Of a stretch of 10,403 bases of DNA, positions 6,972 to 10,403 are shown piece by piece (the first letter of the stretch is position 1; every line of letters starts with the position of its first letter). Below the pieces are notes generated by a model, which saw only the letters and a list, made by a program, of their open reading frames with translations, was not told the DNA's origin and made no database searches. This DNA comes from Candidatus Hermodarchaeota archaeon (GTDB taxonomy: Archaea > Asgardarchaeota > Hermodarchaeia > Hermodarchaeales > Hermodarchaeaceae), in NCBI GenBank assembly GCA_016839365.1, contig JAEOUH010000030.1, positions 1 to 10,403 of the forward strand. Reading direction: 5' to 3'. The position numbers and the translations under genes are program-made.

Positions 6972-8630
6972 GTGAAAACGGATTTTAAGCTCGACCAACT
7001 GCTTGCAAACGGCGAAACCCGAAACACCGAATTTAAGCGCATGCTAGCTTCAAAAGATGGAGTAGGAGACCGTCGAGCGAAGCTTATTGCACAATTGAAA
7101 TTAATAACAAGCGAGGGGCCTGGTCAATTCGTGGTGGGAATTGAAGACATCCACGGTAAAAATTGGGAAGTCTATGGACTTACCGCTGAGGAAGTTGAAA
7201 ATAGCAAGACAGTTCTCAAAAAGCTCTGTAAAGAAGCAGGTATTGACATTTTAGAACAAACCCACTACAGCACAGACAAAGGGATTGTGGCCAGTTTCAC
7301 GGTGGCCCGAGTTATCACCCCCATGGTTCCTGAAACCGTGGGTATGAACTTAGTGGGCCGTGTCAACAGTGGAAAGACGACCCTTGCAGGAGTGCTCATT
7401 CAAGGCCAACTAGATAATGGAAGTGGGCAAGCAAGAGCTTTACTTTTGACTTATCCTCAAGAGCTGAAACGTGGTCAGACCGCGGACTTACATGTCGCTT
7501 TTGCCGCTATCAACAGGCAGGGTAAATTTATGGCAATGCAGGCACCACTAGACAAATCAAAACGGGCACGAATCCTCGATCAGGCCCATCGAATCATCAC
7601 CATCTTTGACGCTCCCGGCCACAAAGAATACGCCAAGACCATGATTCGGAGCGTCCTGGGAGCCTCTGCCCAATACAGCATGATTCTCGTGCCCTGCTTG
7701 GATGAATATAAACTCTCAGTAGCTGAAGTACAACGGAGCGGGATCCGCCGCCTCGATGACATTACTCGCGAACATCTGTTGCTGGTTTCCAACCAAGAAC
7801 TCCCGTTTGTGGTTGTCATCAACAAAGTCGACGATTGTGATGAACATCGACGAGACCATGTGCGAAACCTCGTTTTCGAAACCATTAAAGAAATCGGACA
7901 CGTACCGCTTCGCATTACCTCCGAAGATGATATCCCTATCATTTGCCGAGAAATCGCCCACCGAGTAATTGTCCCAGTATATGAAGTCAGCTGCGTCACG
8001 GGGGAAGGATTGGACCTCCTCCGAGAAACACTTGTTCAACTCCCCTCGCGCATACCTGATGAAAGGATAGAAAAACCTGCCTTCGCATATATCGACAAGG
8101 TATACAGGGGGATCCGGGGAACCAACATCGTCATCACGGGCACAGTCCAAGAGGGAATATTCAAACCAGGCCAATCCATTCTTACTGGTCCTGATAAAGA
8201 CGGCAGATTCATGCAGGGGAGGATAGGATCAATTGAAGTCTTTAAAAAGCGGGTGGAACGTGTGAAGGCAGGAGATGTCTTCGGATTTGATTTAAAGCGT
8301 CTCCCACCCGAAAAGATCCGTCGGGGCCAGATAATTTGCGACAAAGATGCAGACGTAAAAGCCGTCAACACCTTCGAATCCACCATTATTGTGACACGCC
8401 ACCCCACTCGCATTCGTCAAGGATATGAACCGGTGTTCCATTCTGCAACCATCCAACAGCCAGTAATTTATGAGCATATCTTTAACAAAGAGTACCTTGT
8501 TGTCGGCGATGTGGCCCGCGTTCGGATGGTATTCAAAAAAGGTCCTGAAATGCTTCGTATAGGAGATCGAATTGTAACACGCGAGGCTAACACCCGTTGT
8601 ATTGGTACAGTCACAAAACTGGTTCACTAA
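6972..8630 (+). CDS. GTPBP1/GTPBP2-like (archaeal GPBP) translational GTPase of the EF-Tu/SelB superfamily with an N-terminal AlbA_2/Schlafen-like domain
   Basis: N-domain GETRNTEFK...QLK...EGPG.FVVGIED..YGL resembles the GTPBP1/2 N-terminus. G1 GRVNSGKTT, LDNGSGQAR, G2 ELKRGQTAD, G3 DAPGH, TREH, G4 NKVD, G5 SCVTGEG. Domain II (IDKVY..IRGT..V.GTV) and domain III (HPTRIRQGYEPVFH) are present. GTG start. Confidence 0.9.
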   Translation: MKTDFKLDQLLANGETRNTEFKRMLASKDGVGDRRAKLIAQLKLITSEGPGQFVVGIEDIHGKNWEVYGLTAEEVENSKTVLKKLCKEAGIDILEQTHYSTDKGIVASFTVARVITPMVPETVGMNLVGRVNSGKTTLAGVLIQGQLDNGSGQARALLLTYPQELKRGQTADLHVAFAAINRQGKFMAMQAPLDKSKRARILDQAHRIITIFDAPGHKEYAKTMIRSVLGASAQYSMILVPCLDEYKLSVAEVQRSGIRRLDDITREHLLLVSNQELPFVVVINKVDDCDEHRRDHVRNLVFETIKEIGHVPLRITSEDDIPIICREIAHRVIVPVYEVSCVTGEGLDLLRETLVQLPSRIPDERIEKPAFAYIDKVYRGIRGTNIVITGTVQEGIFKPGQSILTGPDKDGRFMQGRIGSIEVFKKRVERVKAGDVFGFDLKRLPPEKIRRGQIICDKDADVKAVNTFESTIIVTRHPTRIRQGYEPVFHSATIQQPVIYEHIFNKEYLVVGDVARVRMVFKKGPEMLRIGDRIVTREANTRCIGTVTKLVH

Positions 8631-8631
8631 T

Positions 8632-8639
8632 CAAAAAAG
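8632..8639 (-). terminator. Possible oligo-T terminator for the minus-strand wHTH/membrane-protein transcript
   Basis: Minus strand CTTTTTTG about 10 nt after the stop at 8649, in an 18-nt convergent spacer. Confidence 0.35.
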
Positions 8640-8648
8640 AACCACTGG

Positions 8649-9266
8649 TTACAACTCAGCGAAGGCGCGAGCTAGTTGTGTGATTTTAAAATGAAGTTCA
8701 TCTACTGATGAGACGGTGGCAAGTGTATTTGCATCAAATGCCAACAGATAGCGTTGGGAAACAGAGTCCAATTCGGAAGGAGATGCTTGGGGAAATGTGG
8801 CTCGTAATACAACAAGCCCATACTCACCAGAACCAGTTGTTTTTGGTAAGAGTTTTGTAACTAGCAAACCTTTGGAGTTGATCTGTGTAAGGTATTGCCG
8901 GCGTAAGCGAAGCTTAGTGGTTGAACCGATGCGGTGTAATTCCAATTGGATTGTTTGATCGACTCGTGAAGGAATCCAAATGGCAAAGTAGATTGTCACA
9001 CTAATTGTGAGAATTAGGGCAATTGTGGTAGCTGTGGTCGCTGTCCAGATGACAGGATGCTGCATTGCTAGCATGAACCATTCCCACCAAGTCTGTTCGG
9101 GTGTCGGTGTCCAGGGTGGTCCCAAAGTGGGAAGCATGAGCAGGCGTGTCGTTAAGATTCCAGCGCAGGTTATGCTGATTATCCATAAGACACCTAAAAA
9201 GATCCATTCGATGATGTATTGCTCTCTTACCATTCCGGTGAGTAGCTGTTCACTCCTCTCGTTCAA
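8649..9266 (-). CDS. Hypothetical membrane protein (two TM helices plus a soluble C-terminal domain)
   Basis: TM1 around WIFLGVLWIISITCAGIL; Pro/Trp/Thr-rich loop; TM2 around IALILTISVTIYFAIWI; then about 100 aa soluble. The start is uncertain. TTG 9266 (GGAGG at 9279-9283) is preferred; ATG 9233 or 9320 are alternatives. Confidence 0.7.
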   Translation of the reverse strand: MNERSEQLLTGMVREQYIIEWIFLGVLWIISITCAGILTTRLLMLPTLGPPWTPTPEQTWWEWFMLAMQHPVIWTATTATTIALILTISVTIYFAIWIPSRVDQTIQLELHRIGSTTKLRLRRQYLTQINSKGLLVTKLLPKTTGSGEYGLVVLRATFPQASPSELDSVSQRYLLAFDANTLATVSSVDELHFKITQLARAFAEL

Positions 9267-9582
9267 CGGCTGTTCCGTCCTCCAATGCTTTGATATATAA
9301 TTCCATAGTCTCCTTTCCATGCAGCTCAATGAGTTCTAGTAAGTAGGCAATTAAGGGTTGGAGATGGTTGACCCGGATTGAGTGCAAGCGTGGCGTTAAT
9401 CGATCGACCAGAATAAGCTCTTCTTGCTCAAGGCGTTCAAGTGGTCCACGGTACAAAGACTTCGCTTTACCACTGTAACCAATCAATGTGATGAGCTGGG
9501 TACCCGACGCAGCTCGTGGATATATATGAGCAAGGGAAATGAGGATACGCCGCTGGATTTCACTGAGTGAAAGAAGGGACAT
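9250..9582 (-). CDS. Winged helix-turn-helix protein (putative transcriptional regulator)
   Basis: LSEIQRRILISL-AHIYP-ASGTQLITLIG-KSLYRGPLERLEQEELILV-wing follows the wHTH helix/helix/helix/wing pattern. ATG 9582 is preferred over GTG 9648 because the extra 22 codons do not look like part of the domain. Confidence 0.7.
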   Translation of the reverse strand: MSLLSLSEIQRRILISLAHIYPRAASGTQLITLIGYSGKAKSLYRGPLERLEQEELILVDRLTPRLHSIRVNHLQPLIAYLLELIELHGKETMELYIKALEDGTAVEREE

Positions 9583-9810
9583 TATCAGATCGTAGGTATC
9601 TTTTCCACGGTTTTCAGTCACGCCAAACCCAGCCAGTGAGAGGTTCACAAATAACGTATGAATTTAAATGCCACGTCTAGGACTCACTCCTGCTTCTTAT
9701 GAGTTTTTATCCACGTCTTCTATTCACATCACTGATTTCCCCTAAAGCCCTACAATAATCGTTTAAATTTGTAAATTGTTAGTTGAATAATTGTATGTAC
9801 GTATTTGTAT

Positions 9811-9826
9811 CGCAAAGTATATATTA
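9811..9826 (+). promoter_or_regulatory. Candidate archaeal BRE + TATA box for the ArsR-like gene
   Basis: CGCAAAG-TATATATTA in an AT-rich stretch about 60 nt upstream of ATG 9883. Confidence 0.5.
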
Positions 9827-9882
9827 AAGAGCGTAAAATAAATGTCCTCTGCCTTGCTGGAGAATTCTGGACGGTAAGAATC

Positions 9883-10122
9883 ATGACCCCCATCACTGAG
9901 AAAGTTTTACGCCATCGAACTCGTCGTCAAATCCTTCAAACCCTTAATGGGCAACGAACGTTCTTGCGAGATATCGCACGAGCTTTAGATATTCCCCCCA
10001 GTACAGCCGCCTATCACCTGAAACGGTTGCTTTCGGCTGGTCTTGTCGAGCAACGTCGAGGAGTATATCATTCCTTCTATTTCCTGACGGAGCACGGCGA
10101 ACGTATAGCTGCAGAATTTTAG
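9883..10122 (+). CDS. ArsR/SmtB-like winged-helix transcriptional regulator (79 aa)
   Basis: LRHRTRRQILQTL...LRDIARALDIPPSTAAYHLKRLLSAGLVE...YFLTEHG is a typical ArsR-type HTH. ATG 9883 is preferred because the longer TTG 9805 version runs through the TATA region. Confidence 0.88.
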   Translation: MTPITEKVLRHRTRRQILQTLNGQRTFLRDIARALDIPPSTAAYHLKRLLSAGLVEQRRGVYHSFYFLTEHGERIAAEF

Positions 10123-10208
10123 AACAAGTACTCTCTCGTTCGCATTTGAAACTCAGCTGGGCTAACAGCCATTAAGACAGATGAGAAAAGAGAGAAGTAA
10201 ATTATCAC

Positions 10209-10403
10209 CTACATAAGCAAGGATTGGGCTTTGGCTGTTGTTGTCCAAGTTGGCTGGTCATGAATTTCTGCTTTTTTGAGTAGTTCCTTGACTTCCAGCT
10301 CCTTCAAGATGGAACGCAATTCATCCTCTTTCATCGGCTCCTTCCCAATGGGAACCCGTGTGCTATTAACACCTTGATAGATGCTGATGAATGATTGATG
10401 GCC
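10209..10403 (-). CDS. C-terminal part of a probable winged-helix protein (5' end outside the window; absent from the ORF track)
   Basis: Minus-strand frame is open from the window edge to TAG at 10209-10211: GHQSFISIYQGVNSTRVPIGKEPMKEDELRSILKELEVKELLKKAEIHDQPTWTTTAKAQSLLM*. The L..L..LE.KELL...W..T.KA pattern fits a wHTH recognition helix and wing. Confidence 0.65.
   Translation of the reverse strand, partial: GHQSFISIYQGVNSTRVPIGKEPMKEDELRSILKELEVKELLKKAEIHDQPTWTTTAKAQSLLM

Noticed and set aside
6915-6974. HAD and GTPase genes are in frame, separated by two TGA codons
   Set aside because: Double readthrough is implausible and both proteins are complete on their own. The short ATCTA-TTC-TAGAT palindrome in the spacer is too small to call.
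5348-8627. Short ORFs nested in the M42, HAD and GTPase genes
   Set aside because: Shadow or out-of-frame ORFs within well-supported coding sequence.
6972-8630. Calling the GTPase EF-1alpha or SelB
   Set aside because: The N-terminal EFK-containing domain, LDNGxGxAR and HPTxIxxGYEPV are GTPBP1-family features, and there is no SelB C-terminal extension.
9001-9300. ORFs 9001..9207 (minus; in frame after the wHTH TGA) and 9007..9300 (plus); possible Sec readthrough of TGA 9250
   Set aside because: Both lie within the membrane-protein gene. There is no redox-motif context around the TGA and no convincing SECIS.
9842-9877. 11-codon uORF (MSSALLENSGR) before the ArsR-like gene
   Set aside because: ORFs this short arise by chance, and its ATG may lie upstream of the predicted transcription start.
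10143-10183. SECIS interpretation of the 3' hairpin
   Set aside because: It lacks a proper AUGA/GA core with a continuous upper helix and lacks the methanogen-type GAA/A motif. Both flanking genes end in TAG with no visible in-frame TGA.
1-10403. CRISPR arrays, tRNA/rRNA genes, IS elements, integrases
   Set aside because: No periodic repeats, cloverleaf or T-loop signatures, or transposase/recombinase motifs were seen, and nearly all sequence is accounted for by protein-coding genes.

Overview
Gene-dense window, most likely archaeal: AGGTGA/AGGAGG Shine-Dalgarno sites, TATA-like elements, a tungsten AOR, a TET/M42 peptidase and a GTPBP1-type translational GTPase. An Asgard or Bathyarchaeia-like heterotroph is plausible but is only an inference. 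Left to right: (1) a 5'-truncated large unknown protein, helical with a beta-rich C-terminus; (2) a minus-strand operon deoC -> aor -> PAP2-like membrane protein; (3) a divergent plus-strand run of M42 aminopeptidase, HAD hydrolase and GTPBP1-like GTPase; (4) a cluster of three winged-helix proteins and an unknown two-TM protein. The best candidate for an undescribed system is the deoC-aor unit. This DeoC carries an atypical 56-aa C-terminal extension with CxxCP-x20-CxxCP and lies 12 nt upstream of an aldehyde:ferredoxin oxidoreductase that could oxidise the acetaldehyde DeoC produces. Also notable: an Asn-type (GxxNxGKT) P-loop and an approximately 15-aa insert in the GTPBP1 homologue, a TCACT-based operator-like array between the divergent regulators, and a long imperfect hairpin in the last convergent spacer. 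No rRNA, tRNA, CRISPR array or transposase was seen. All family calls come from motif recognition, not database searches.
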